The position numbers were made by a program, and so were the translations under genes. Below, piece after piece: positions 36,900 to 46,627 of a stretch of DNA of 56,577 nt. This stretch comes from a virus (lineage: Duplodnaviria > Caudoviricetes): positions 1-56,577 of the IMG/VR virus record IMGVR_UViG_3300027759_000111; one strand, written 5' to 3'. Each line of letters opens with the position of its first letter. The first letter of the stretch is position 1. The notes beneath the pieces are model-generated. The model was not told the origin of the DNA, ran no database searches, and was given only the letters and a program-made list of their open reading frames with translations.

Positions 36900-37348
36900 T
36901 GTGTATATCCTATACTTAAAGCCCAAGTAAATGGTAAACTATCAACTTTATGTTTTGCTCCTTTAGGTATTGATATAGATTGTCCTTCTTTTATTAAAAT
37001 AGGATAGTTTTCCGTATATATTTTTTTACTACCTTTTATAACACATAACAACACATCTATATCGTCTGTATGTTCAGGAAAAGAAAATCCACCAAATTGA
37101 TTGTAAAAAAGATGAACATTTTTTGTTTTAAAATTTAAATTATAATCTTTCAACAATTGAAGATGATAGTTATTATCTTCTAATCCTTCAATTTTTATGT
37201 GTGAAATAGTTTTATATGTTTTTATCCAATCACCGTAAGTCATTTGTTCTTTAACTCTATAGTCGTTACCTTTTTTATCTATATAGATTATTTGATTATT
37301 TTGGTATCTTGTGAAGGATATTAATTCATCATTTAAAGCATTAATCAT
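36896..37348 (-). CDS. JmjC/cupin-like oxygenase
   Basis: HLF...SFPEHTDDIDV...GSKK...IPKGAKHKV (HxD...H) resembles cupin_4/JmjC. Confidence 0.75.
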   Translation of the reverse strand: MINALNDELISFTRYQNNQIIYIDKKGNDYRVKEQMTYGDWIKTYKTISHIKIEGLEDNNYHLQLLKDYNLNFKTKNVHLFYNQFGGFSFPEHTDDIDVLLCVIKGSKKIYTENYPILIKEGQSISIPKGAKHKVDSLPFTWALSIGYTQ

Positions 37349-37368
37349 ACTGTAATATTTATTACAGT
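37349..37368 (-). promoter_or_regulatory. 8-bp inverted repeat overlapping a variant late promoter (AATAAATA)
   Basis: ACTGTAAT-attt-ATTACAGT directly upstream of the first ATG of the operon. Confidence 0.45.
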
Positions 37369-37372
37369 GGAA

Positions 37373-38773
37373 TTATAGTATAATTGCCTCAATAAGGCCG
37401 TTTTCATTATCTTCTAACGCTATTGCAAATACTTTATTAAATTCTATGCTAATCGTTGTTGCAAAACCTCCGTTGCCTGCAACTAATTCATCACCTTTTT
37501 TAATGGGTCCTACAACTTTTACTTTAACACGGCCTTTTAGTGCTATTGGTTGGCCTGTACCTTTTGCGTTCATTAAAAAAGCAGGTCTATCAGATATAAC
37601 ACCTATCGCTTTATTACCTACAAAACATTCAGTAACTTCTTTATTACCGCCTACCATAACAACTGTACCAATATCATAAATTTTATCTGTTTCATAGATT
37701 TCGGCTAAATCGGCATATTGTGCTTGTGTAGCTGTCGTTGAAAGAACATTAGTTGAAGGATTATAAGTTAAACTTGTGTCAGTTTTTAACGCCTGGTTAC
37801 CTGTTGCAGTACCAGCAAACGTTAAAAAGTTTGCAGTATTAGTTGTGTCATCAGCAGTCAATGTAACTGTAGAAGCAATAGATGAAGTTCCTGTTATAGT
37901 TGAAGCAACTAAAGTATTTACTGTTAATGTATCTCCTGATAAATTTAATTTTGCAGCTCTTATAGTTGTGTCTGCAATATCTTCATTTATAATTGTACCA
38001 TTGGCAATCATTGTACTTGTAACTGTGCCTGTATCTCCAGTTGTTATAATTGTACCTGTGATATTTGGTATGGTAATTGTTCTATCTGCTGTTGGATCAA
38101 CAACAACTAAAGTTGTTTCAAAAGCATCATTCGTTGAACCTTCAAATATAATTCCTACTGAGCCTGTTAAAAGCAAATCAGTACCTTGTATTGTGCTTGT
38201 TCCCGTAATTGTAGTGCCTGATACTGCTCCTGAAAAAGCTCCTGTTGTTCCTGAAATTCCTGTACCTGCTATAGTTCCTGCTGATATGATAGAAGAAGCA
38301 TTTATAACTCCAACTACAGTCAAAGGATCATTTATTGTAACTAAAGAAGTGTTTGTTGATCTAATAGTATTACCGCTAATTTCAATAGTACCTAATGTAT
38401 GTAAAGCACCTCCTGCAGTAATATTTCCAGATGTAGCTGTAAAATTACCAGGAATAGTTACGTTACTAGTCAATGCTAATGTTAAAGTATCGGTTGCACT
38501 TACAACTGCTGTAATTTGATTTGAAGTGCCTCTTACGTCTAAAATTTGACCTGCACCTATAGCTTGAATTGTTGAACTTGAATCTCTAATTGTCCAACCT
38601 GCAGCAGAAAAGGCAACGCCGGCTATTTCTACAACCGCACCCACAATAGAAGTGGATGAAAGACCAGCACCTGCAAGTAATGATGGATTACCAAAATCAG
38701 TTTGAGTTAAAGTGTTTAACTTAACTCGCATCTGTTCTAGTGTATCAGTGGTATTGATTACTGTAAATGCCAT
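37373..38773 (-). CDS. tail fibre protein with conserved C-terminal domain
   Basis: TDTLEQMRVKLN N-terminus, Thr/Gly-rich shaft, YADLAEIY...GTVV...PAFLMN...ALKGRVKVKV C-terminal domain. Confidence 0.75.
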   Translation of the reverse strand: MAFTVINTTDTLEQMRVKLNTLTQTDFGNPSLLAGAGLSSTSIVGAVVEIAGVAFSAAGWTIRDSSSTIQAIGAGQILDVRGTSNQITAVVSATDTLTLALTSNVTIPGNFTATSGNITAGGALHTLGTIEISGNTIRSTNTSLVTINDPLTVVGVINASSIISAGTIAGTGISGTTGAFSGAVSGTTITGTSTIQGTDLLLTGSVGIIFEGSTNDAFETTLVVVDPTADRTITIPNITGTIITTGDTGTVTSTMIANGTIINEDIADTTIRAAKLNLSGDTLTVNTLVASTITGTSSIASTVTLTADDTTNTANFLTFAGTATGNQALKTDTSLTYNPSTNVLSTTATQAQYADLAEIYETDKIYDIGTVVMVGGNKEVTECFVGNKAIGVISDRPAFLMNAKGTGQPIALKGRVKVKVVGPIKKGDELVAGNGGFATTISIEFNKVFAIALEDNENGLIEAIIL

Positions 38774-38776
38774 TGT

Positions 38777-38995
38777 TTATTTTTTAATTACCTCTTTTAA
38801 TAATTCTTTTATCTCAAACAACTCTTGTTTTAAAATATTTATCTCTTTTATTGTATTTCTTATCTGATCTCCTTGTTGTTCACGTGACTTAACTCTATTC
38901 ATATATATTTGATATTCATTTTTGTTTGTATTTACAATAGCGTTTGACCTAATATCTCTTTCAAGTGAACTATGGCCTTCAACTTTAATTTTCAT
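38777..38995 (-). CDS. conserved small T4-like protein
   Basis: KVEGHSSLERD..SNAIVN followed by a coiled coil; directly follows the VrlC-like gene. Confidence 0.7.
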   Translation of the reverse strand: MKIKVEGHSSLERDIRSNAIVNTNKNEYQIYMNRVKSREQQGDQIRNTIKEINILKQELFEIKELLKEVIKK

Positions 38996-38996
38996 A

Positions 38997-41900
38997 TTAT
39001 GCTGCTAAAGCTATTCCTCTTAAATCCCTAATAATAGGAGGGTAAGAAGAATTGCTACCTTTCAAAACTATTTTAATTTGAAATGCTGTGAACTCATTTA
39101 AACCTGTATCTGAATATTTGTATTCTTTAAAAACATTTGAATTTTCTGCTGGTATTACAGTTATATCTTCATTACCATCTGTATTAAATGGCACCCAGCT
39201 CAAATCATTTATATTTCTTACTTCTGAAGAACTAGTAATTCTATAGAAAACTTTTACAGAAGAAGATGATCTTACATTTTGAGTTAATCTCACATCTAAA
39301 GCTGTAGAAGCATTTTCTAAAATAATTGGTCGTGTTACGTAAACAGCGGCTGATGATGTTCCTGTAGGACTTGTATCTGTTACAAAGTTTGGTGTATTAG
39401 CTGACGTAGGTAGATTCAATCTATTTTGTACGGCAACCATACTCATACGTTTCACATCTAAGACAGGAGATAATTTTGTATTTGTAGTTGTCATTGTTAA
39501 ATTGACAAACAAAGATTTACCACCTGACATTTCATTAGTTTCATTTATAGAACTTGCAACCATTTGAGGTGATGTAAAGTAAATATTATCACCAACTGTT
39601 ACCTGAATTTGATTTGACGCTGAAGTTAAACTAAAAGAAGTTTCACTTCCGTGTATTGATTTACCACTTGTTGTTCTCATTGTATAAAGAATTTGAGTAT
39701 CAGGAACCGTTAAAGTAGATATATTTAAACAAGATAAATCAAACAATCTATTTTGTGTGGCCGTTACAGTTGTGCCACCAATATCTCCTGTAGATGTTGC
39801 TGTACCAGCTGTTGTAATATCATAACTGTCTAAAGTTACATTTGAAATGCTTGTATATGTTCCATTTATTTGTGTATGAGTTATTCCATTATATGTACCT
39901 GCTGCTACTCCTGCAATCGTAACATTATTAGTTGTACTATGCATTCCGTGATTTTTATGGAATACTCTAATTACTCCTGAAGTATTTGTTGTTCTCAATG
40001 AATTGTTTGGTAAAGTTTTTGTAGGCACAATATCGTTACATAAAGTTACAACGCCAGTAACATTAGTAAATTCAGCTCTATTAATTTTAAATTTTATATC
40101 TGTTGTTTGATCTGGAGTCCAAGTAGAACCATTTTGTGATTTAAAGAAAACACCTGCATAAGGGTTAGACGATATTGTTCTATTTGAACCTATTTGTGTT
40201 TCACCTAATGTGGCCACAAAAGCATTATAATTATCACAATTACTTAATAAACAAAAACTATATTCTGTTTTTTCTTGTAAATAAACTGGAGAAGGAAATG
40301 TAAATTTTGTAGCTGTTGTAGCATCAGCACTAATACTTACTGAACTTGGATTTAAAACAACTTCACCAAAAGGTACAATTGTGCGTGAAGGATAACCATT
40401 TACGACTTCTCTTATTTGTAAAGTGATAGGAATGTTAGTATCCTTTGATTGAAAATAACATTCAACAGATGTTACAAAAACTCCACCAGTATCATCAATT
40501 AAAAATGTTTGTGCAATAGGGTCAATCCAACCAACAACTTCTGTTGTAGACCTTGTAGACTCTCTAGTAATATTTCTTGTATCGTTTACTGTCTGTCTAG
40601 TTAATATAGTTTCTCTTGTTGAAACAATTGTATTTTGTACAGTTTCTAAAGAACCTTTAGCAATATAATCTGCTTCAGCAGAAGTTTCAACATCATTTGT
40701 TGAATTTGTAGATGAGCTTGTTAATCTGAATACTCTTTGACCTGTTCTCCATCTAGGATTAGAGTCATTAGTTGCATCAGGTATAGCAAACGTTCCTGAT
40801 ACGGCACCATTAGCGTCTGTAACTAAATTGCCACTTAATGAACCACCTGTTGGTGTAACATATGAAGTAATTGCTATATTATCAAAATAAGGATAAACTC
40901 TAGTATTTGGTTTTAATCTAGTGGCAGTAAAATTAATTGTTCTACTTCTAATAAATGGTATAAAAGCTATATTTAATACTCTATCACCTAAAGATGTTCT
41001 AACAACCTGAGGAACTAAAGCTGTTCTAATTCCTGACCTAGTTTGAGAAATCGCTTGCGCTGTCGTTGTTGTTACATCTTGTACCCAAGGCCTTCTTCCA
41101 CCTCCTCCTGCATCTCTTGTTCCACCTCGTTGTATAGTTTCAACTGGTGTACCTTGCCAAAAATCTTGCCATTCATTCCATACAGTATCAATCTCAACAC
41201 TATTTAAATTAGTATTTCCTATACCAGCAACCATTGTGTCAAAAGAACCTTGTTCATTTATTAATAAATCAGGAACTCTATTTGTTTCTTTCCATTCGTC
41301 GCCTGGAGGATCAAGCGTAACTGAACCTGCCCAAGTAAATACACTAAAAGGATTTACATTTACATATCTACTAGCATAAGGTTGTTCAATTATATTTGTT
41401 TCTGTATAAGGTAACGTAATTAAATCTCCTGTTTTTTGATAATTGGCCGCTGTTCTATCAGCTGTTAATATTGCTGTACCATCATCATCTGCTTCGATTA
41501 ATTGAACTGATTCAGAATTGAACATAGGTCTAACATAACCGCCAGCCATATCCATAGATACTTTATAATCTAAATTTCCTACGTCACCTATTCCGTGTCC
41601 AGTAAAATTATCTACAATAAATCCGTTTTTAAATCTATCAAATCCTTCAGCGTCTTGTATTTGTAAAGATTGTGCTTGTGTTTCTAATAAGGATAATTGT
41701 GTGTAATATTCTACGTTTTCAATTCTTTTTTCTAAACGGCCAATATCTCTCATAGTATATCGTCTATTATCTTGTTCTCTAATTTCTAAGTCTGTGGTAT
41801 CAAAAGTATAAGGCCTTAAAGATATAGTATATAAATGCATAGCATTTTCAAGTCCTTTAGGAACTTTAGGTGATAAAGAACTTGCACCTTTAACTACTTT

Positions 41901-44900
41901 AAAATTACCATCTTTATCCAAAAATATTTTATCTATTCTAGCTAAATAATATTCAAAATCTGTAGAAATATCTGAATTGAACTGTACAACATCAACAGTA
42001 GAAGCGCCTGTTGCAATAGCACTTGATGTTGATTGAAAAATTCTATCTTGTGTTGCGCTTGTAACAGTTGAAGCGTCAGCAACTCTAGGTCTAAAATCTA
42101 AACAATCTCTTAATTTGTATACTTTACCAGAGGTATCTGATGTGTATGAAGGTATATCTACGTAAGGTATACTTGAATAAGAGTCAACATCAAAATAATC
42201 TCCTGAACCGTGAGAGTAATAATCAAAATCAATTAACAATCTTCCTGTAGGAACAATTGCACCTGTTTTTAATTTAATCCTACCTATATCATAAAAATTA
42301 TCTCTTTGACCATTATCTAAAGTAAACCTTGAAGTAATATTTGTATTTGCAGTTGTAGCTGCAGTTGAAAAATTAGCAGACATATAAATGTTATTAATAG
42401 CAACAATATCTGCTTTTTGTAAACTTATAATACCAGATTCAATTAATGTTTGAGATGATATTGCAATCGTAGAATTTGCATTTAACGTTTTTGTTTTTGA
42501 ATCTGTTGTTGTTCTATTTACCGTGGCTAATATTTTAATTTTTGCGTTTGAGTAATTTGTACCAAAATTTAATGTAAGTGTTTTATTAGCAGGAGAAGTT
42601 GATAATGTAAATATTGCGGTTCCTAAATGATTATTTCCGCTTAAACTTAAAACGTTACCATTAGCTCCGGCTGTTGCAGAACCTATTGTCATAATAGAAA
42701 CAGAATAATCTTTTTCAATTAAAGAACTAAATGTTTCGTTTGTACCCGCTGTAATTGTTGCAGTTCCTGAAGATAATGTTGCTACAAATTGTTTTCTTAC
42801 TTTAAAACTAGTATCAGAAATTCCTGAATTTGCCGTAGTTTTTAAAGTTTTAATAACGTTATAAGGCAATTCAAATATTGATACATTTTTATTAGAACCT
42901 TGTAATACAGGTCTCTTTCTAATTGCAACTGTTTTAGTAGAAACATCAGAAGATCCTACAGCAGTTAATAATTGTAAACTTGTATTTGAGGAGATAGATT
43001 CAACAATTCTTGTAACTGAACTTCCTGCATCAGTAGTAAATGTAATAGAATCACCTAATCTTAATTCAGTTAAAAATAAAGTACCAAATCCTGTTACTAA
43101 TGTTCCACTGTTTGCAACTGATATAGAACCAAATACTGGATAATTATCTCCATATGTAGAATCAAGTGCAGTATCAGCTGTATAAGTAGGAGAACCTGTC
43201 ATACCAACTTGTTTAACTTGTGTAAAATCAAAAGTTTGAACACCTTTAAATCCGTATATTTCATTTTGTATAACTGCTGTTACACTTGAAGTAGCACCTG
43301 TAATTGTTTCTCCTTCTACAAATGTGCCTGTTACATTATTTAAAACTGTAACACCGTGTGCGGCTGTAGGAGCTGAACTGTAAGAAGTTACGTTAATTGC
43401 TGCATCACCAGCGGCATTAAATAATTGAAAAGTGTTTGTTGTAGGATTTTTAACTGTAAATACTGTGCCTGTTGTATATGCAACAGAATTAATAGCAAAA
43501 GAACCACCTGTTAAAGTTATTTGCATTCCTTCTTCAAATGAATGTGCGTTTAATGTTACAACTCCAGGACTTGCAACTGAAATACTTGAAACTGCTGCCG
43601 ATTTTGTATTAGATATAGATTGAACATAACCAAAAGCTCCTGATGTTCCACCTGTTACCTTTTCTCCATTAGTAAAAGCAGGCGCTGTTTTTACATTTAA
43701 ATGTGTAAACATTTCTATATCAAATAAAAAATGTTTATAAACTGCACTTGTTAAAGCTGAACTAGAAAATGTGTTTGCACTGGCCGTTCCACTGTTTAAT
43801 TCAAAGCCTCTTGACTTAGCACGACCAATTTGCGGTACTGTAACTCCTACTGTCGATTGTTCAGTACCTCTAGTAACTGTAGCCGTGTCGTATAAATTTA
43901 TTCCTTTAAATGCTTCTATTTCACCAGAAACAAATCCCATATCAGGTGTGCCAAATACGTTTGTAACATTTACAAAATTCTCTACGTCAAATCTTGTACT
44001 AAAATTACTTTCACTATTAAAATCCCTTGCTTTATCAGCATCTAAAAAAATAGTACTTAGAGTTTCAACTTCATATCCTTTAATATATGCTTTTCCAGGA
44101 CCCATACCATATGCAAGTTTTGCTTCATCACCAATGTCTGTAGGTGGAGCTAAATATATACCTCTATTATTTTCAGCGGTATTAAGTATATGTTCTCTTA
44201 CGTCTAATTGAAAATTTCTTACTGTGTAGTCGCCCGATTCATCATATGTTCTTCGTGCAAAAGTATCCTCTAAAACTGCATAATCGGTAGAACGAACTTG
44301 ATTTTGTCTAATACCTGTTTTTAATCTTAATAATTCTACAAAATTATTATCAGCAGATGACGTTAATGTTCTTTTTGCAAGAATTAAATCTATCTTAAAT
44401 CTGTGAGCTCCTGGTGCATTTATGTTTGATGAACCTTGAGCATTATCAACTAAACTAGTATCATCATTAGATGTAATAAAAGATTCTTCAACTGTTAACC
44501 CAATTCTATAACTTGGTGTGTTTGTATATTTGTCAAGTATTAGTGTTTGTTCTAAAACTGAAACGTGAAAACCATTTATGTAATAAACACCGGCCGATAT
44601 ATTAGCAGCAGAACCAGTTGCCGTTGAATTTACCACGGCAGTTGCTAAAACTGTCGCAACACCTACTGTTCTAGCTTGTATTGTTTCACCACTAGTAAAA
44701 GCAAAAGATGTATTGTTTGTTCCTGATTTATTATATTTTACATATAAAGTATCTGGATCTGTACCGTCTGTTACAACAGCATTGACACAAATACCTACAA
44801 CACCTGAAGTAACACCTGTTAGTTGTTTACCAATATATTCAGCAACTGTGGCATATGTTTTGGATGTAAGTTTTACAGCGTAGTAATTTAAATCAAAAGC

Positions 44901-45104
44901 AATTTCTCCAGGAATAATCATAGCACCTTTTTCAAAAAGATGATCTGATACTCTTTCAATTTGATTTTGAAGAATTGTTTGTGATTGTGTTAACTCTCTG
45001 GCCTGTACTGCAAAAGCTGGTCTAAAAAGAACTCTATGAAATTTCTTTGACTCAGCGTAGTCATCAAAGTATGGTGAGAGGTTAAAGTCTGTTGGACTTG
45101 GCAT
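38997..45104 (-). CDS. VrlC-like (DUF4815-type) giant virion structural protein
   Basis: PYFDDY...FHRVLFRP..AVQARELTQSQTILQNQ, APGAHRFKI, NRRYTMRDIGRLEKRI, RFKNGFIVDNF, DPIAQTF. Confidence 0.8.
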   Translation of the reverse strand: MPSPTDFNLSPYFDDYAESKKFHRVLFRPAFAVQARELTQSQTILQNQIERVSDHLFEKGAMIIPGEIAFDLNYYAVKLTSKTYATVAEYIGKQLTGVTSGVVGICVNAVVTDGTDPDTLYVKYNKSGTNNTSFAFTSGETIQARTVGVATVLATAVVNSTATGSAANISAGVYYINGFHVSVLEQTLILDKYTNTPSYRIGLTVEESFITSNDDTSLVDNAQGSSNINAPGAHRFKIDLILAKRTLTSSADNNFVELLRLKTGIRQNQVRSTDYAVLEDTFARRTYDESGDYTVRNFQLDVREHILNTAENNRGIYLAPPTDIGDEAKLAYGMGPGKAYIKGYEVETLSTIFLDADKARDFNSESNFSTRFDVENFVNVTNVFGTPDMGFVSGEIEAFKGINLYDTATVTRGTEQSTVGVTVPQIGRAKSRGFELNSGTASANTFSSSALTSAVYKHFLFDIEMFTHLNVKTAPAFTNGEKVTGGTSGAFGYVQSISNTKSAAVSSISVASPGVVTLNAHSFEEGMQITLTGGSFAINSVAYTTGTVFTVKNPTTNTFQLFNAAGDAAINVTSYSSAPTAAHGVTVLNNVTGTFVEGETITGATSSVTAVIQNEIYGFKGVQTFDFTQVKQVGMTGSPTYTADTALDSTYGDNYPVFGSISVANSGTLVTGFGTLFLTELRLGDSITFTTDAGSSVTRIVESISSNTSLQLLTAVGSSDVSTKTVAIRKRPVLQGSNKNVSIFELPYNVIKTLKTTANSGISDTSFKVRKQFVATLSSGTATITAGTNETFSSLIEKDYSVSIMTIGSATAGANGNVLSLSGNNHLGTAIFTLSTSPANKTLTLNFGTNYSNAKIKILATVNRTTTDSKTKTLNANSTIAISSQTLIESGIISLQKADIVAINNIYMSANFSTAATTANTNITSRFTLDNGQRDNFYDIGRIKLKTGAIVPTGRLLIDFDYYSHGSGDYFDVDSYSSIPYVDIPSYTSDTSGKVYKLRDCLDFRPRVADASTVTSATQDRIFQSTSSAIATGASTVDVVQFNSDISTDFEYYLARIDKIFLDKDGNFKVVKGASSLSPKVPKGLENAMHLYTISLRPYTFDTTDLEIREQDNRRYTMRDIGRLEKRIENVEYYTQLSLLETQAQSLQIQDAEGFDRFKNGFIVDNFTGHGIGDVGNLDYKVSMDMAGGYVRPMFNSESVQLIEADDDGTAILTADRTAANYQKTGDLITLPYTETNIIEQPYASRYVNVNPFSVFTWAGSVTLDPPGDEWKETNRVPDLLINEQGSFDTMVAGIGNTNLNSVEIDTVWNEWQDFWQGTPVETIQRGGTRDAGGGGRRPWVQDVTTTTAQAISQTRSGIRTALVPQVVRTSLGDRVLNIAFIPFIRSRTINFTATRLKPNTRVYPYFDNIAITSYVTPTGGSLSGNLVTDANGAVSGTFAIPDATNDSNPRWRTGQRVFRLTSSSTNSTNDVETSAEADYIAKGSLETVQNTIVSTRETILTRQTVNDTRNITRESTRSTTEVVGWIDPIAQTFLIDDTGGVFVTSVECYFQSKDTNIPITLQIREVVNGYPSRTIVPFGEVVLNPSSVSISADATTATKFTFPSPVYLQEKTEYSFCLLSNCDNYNAFVATLGETQIGSNRTISSNPYAGVFFKSQNGSTWTPDQTTDIKFKINRAEFTNVTGVVTLCNDIVPTKTLPNNSLRTTNTSGVIRVFHKNHGMHSTTNNVTIAGVAAGTYNGITHTQINGTYTSISNVTLDSYDITTAGTATSTGDIGGTTVTATQNRLFDLSCLNISTLTVPDTQILYTMRTTSGKSIHGSETSFSLTSASNQIQVTVGDNIYFTSPQMVASSINETNEMSGGKSLFVNLTMTTTNTKLSPVLDVKRMSMVAVQNRLNLPTSANTPNFVTDTSPTGTSSAAVYVTRPIILENASTALDVRLTQNVRSSSSVKVFYRITSSSEVRNINDLSWVPFNTDGNEDITVIPAENSNVFKEYKYSDTGLNEFTAFQIKIVLKGSNSSYPPIIRDLRGIALAA

Positions 45105-45112
45105 AAATCTCC

Positions 45113-46582
45113 CTAAAACTCAATTACTAATTTAATATTTTCAGTTTGGTCTGAAGCTCTTGTTATTGGTGCTCTGTTTTCAATGTATAAAACATCGCCT
45201 TTATGTCTATCTAATTCTGTATCTTTATAACCACTTGTAAATGTAATTTGGTCAGCAGTTTCACTCGCTGTTGCACTCGGTGTGCCTGTAGCACCTGAAG
45301 TTGCACCTGTAATAACATTTGCTCCTGAAAATGCCGTTCTATTACCTAAAGAACTAAGACCTTCATCATTAAATCTTGTTTGTATATAATGTAAAATTCT
45401 ATTTGCAGCATCATATTCTACAACTTTACCTATAGCACCTGTTGTTGTTTGAGTAATTTTTTCATCAACTGTAAAAGTTCCTGGTGCAGGAGAAGCAGCA
45501 AATCTTATAGCTTTTGTTCCTCTTAATGTTGTAGTGCTAGCTGCTACACCACCTGAAAGTGGATTTCTTATTAAAACAATTCTTCTAAAATCATTTTCTG
45601 CTGTAAAGTCACCTGTGTTTGTAGATTCTGTTCCTTCTAAACTTACGTTTAACATCACAAAAAAACCACCCAATTCTTTTACTGCATCAAAACCATGTCC
45701 ACCTTTTGGTGAAATAATTACATCTATTTCAGCACCTGATAAACTTGTTGCACCAGCGGTTACTATATCAGCATTTCTTACATATGCAATTGTATAACCT
45801 GTACCTGCGGTTGTAACTGTTACTGATGTTACAATACCTCCCGATACTGTGGCAGAAATAACTCCACCTGTACCATCACCTCTTATTGGAATATTTGTAA
45901 ATGATCCGTTTGTTCCACCTGAACCACCTGATTTAATTTTTACTACACTGATTGCACCGTCAACGGCAGCAGATGAAACTGTAGAATTTGTTTCAACAGC
46001 CATAAAATCTGTTGATAAAAAATTTGATTGTTGTGATGCTGATAGAGTGTACATATATTTCCACTTATAACCATCAGCAGTTGTTAAAATAGATGTAGAT
46101 GTGCCTGTTGGTTCTGTAGTTGAAGCTGCATTACCATTATTATCTAAACATTTATAAACGTTTCTTGCTGTAGTTAATACATAGAACGTTGCATCAAATA
46201 AAGTTGTTGCACCACTGTTTGCTGTTTGTGTTGTTGTTGTACCTGTAATACGATTGCCGTAATCGTGTCTGTAATAATCATAAACTGTAGATGTAGTCCA
46301 GTTTCTTCTTGGTATTACAAATGATGTATCTGAAGTTGTAATTTTTTTAACAGCCAGTAAATCATCAAACGTATTAAATTCTTCTATAACACTGTCGGCT
46401 GGTGTAATTGCAGCTGAATCTGTGCCTTGATTTTCTGTTCTTAAATCACCTCTTGTTTGTGTAGCAAATGCTTGAGGTCTACCAATACCTAGGTAATAAG
46501 TTTCTGGTGATGCTTCTGAAAATGACTCGCTAAATTGTTCAGCGTTGTTTATTCTAAATTTATTTGTTATAATTGCTGGCAT
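45113..46582 (-). CDS. gp8: baseplate wedge subunit
   Basis: MPAIITNKFR, VIPRRNW, VYKCLDN, DGYKWKYMY, GDVLYIENRAPITR..DQTENIKLVIEF. Confidence 0.88.
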   Translation of the reverse strand: MPAIITNKFRINNAEQFSESFSEASPETYYLGIGRPQAFATQTRGDLRTENQGTDSAAITPADSVIEEFNTFDDLLAVKKITTSDTSFVIPRRNWTTSTVYDYYRHDYGNRITGTTTTQTANSGATTLFDATFYVLTTARNVYKCLDNNGNAASTTEPTGTSTSILTTADGYKWKYMYTLSASQQSNFLSTDFMAVETNSTVSSAAVDGAISVVKIKSGGSGGTNGSFTNIPIRGDGTGGVISATVSGGIVTSVTVTTAGTGYTIAYVRNADIVTAGATSLSGAEIDVIISPKGGHGFDAVKELGGFFVMLNVSLEGTESTNTGDFTAENDFRRIVLIRNPLSGGVAASTTTLRGTKAIRFAASPAPGTFTVDEKITQTTTGAIGKVVEYDAANRILHYIQTRFNDEGLSSLGNRTAFSGANVITGATSGATGTPSATASETADQITFTSGYKDTELDRHKGDVLYIENRAPITRASDQTENIKLVIEF

Positions 46583-46603
46583 ATTTTTTAGTTTCTTTTG
46601 TTA

Positions 46604-46611
46604 TATTTATA
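46604..46611 (-). promoter_or_regulatory. T4-type late promoter TATAAATA
   Basis: Exact motif upstream of gp8. Confidence 0.7.
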
Positions 46612-46627
46612 CAAGTTTTTCATAGTG

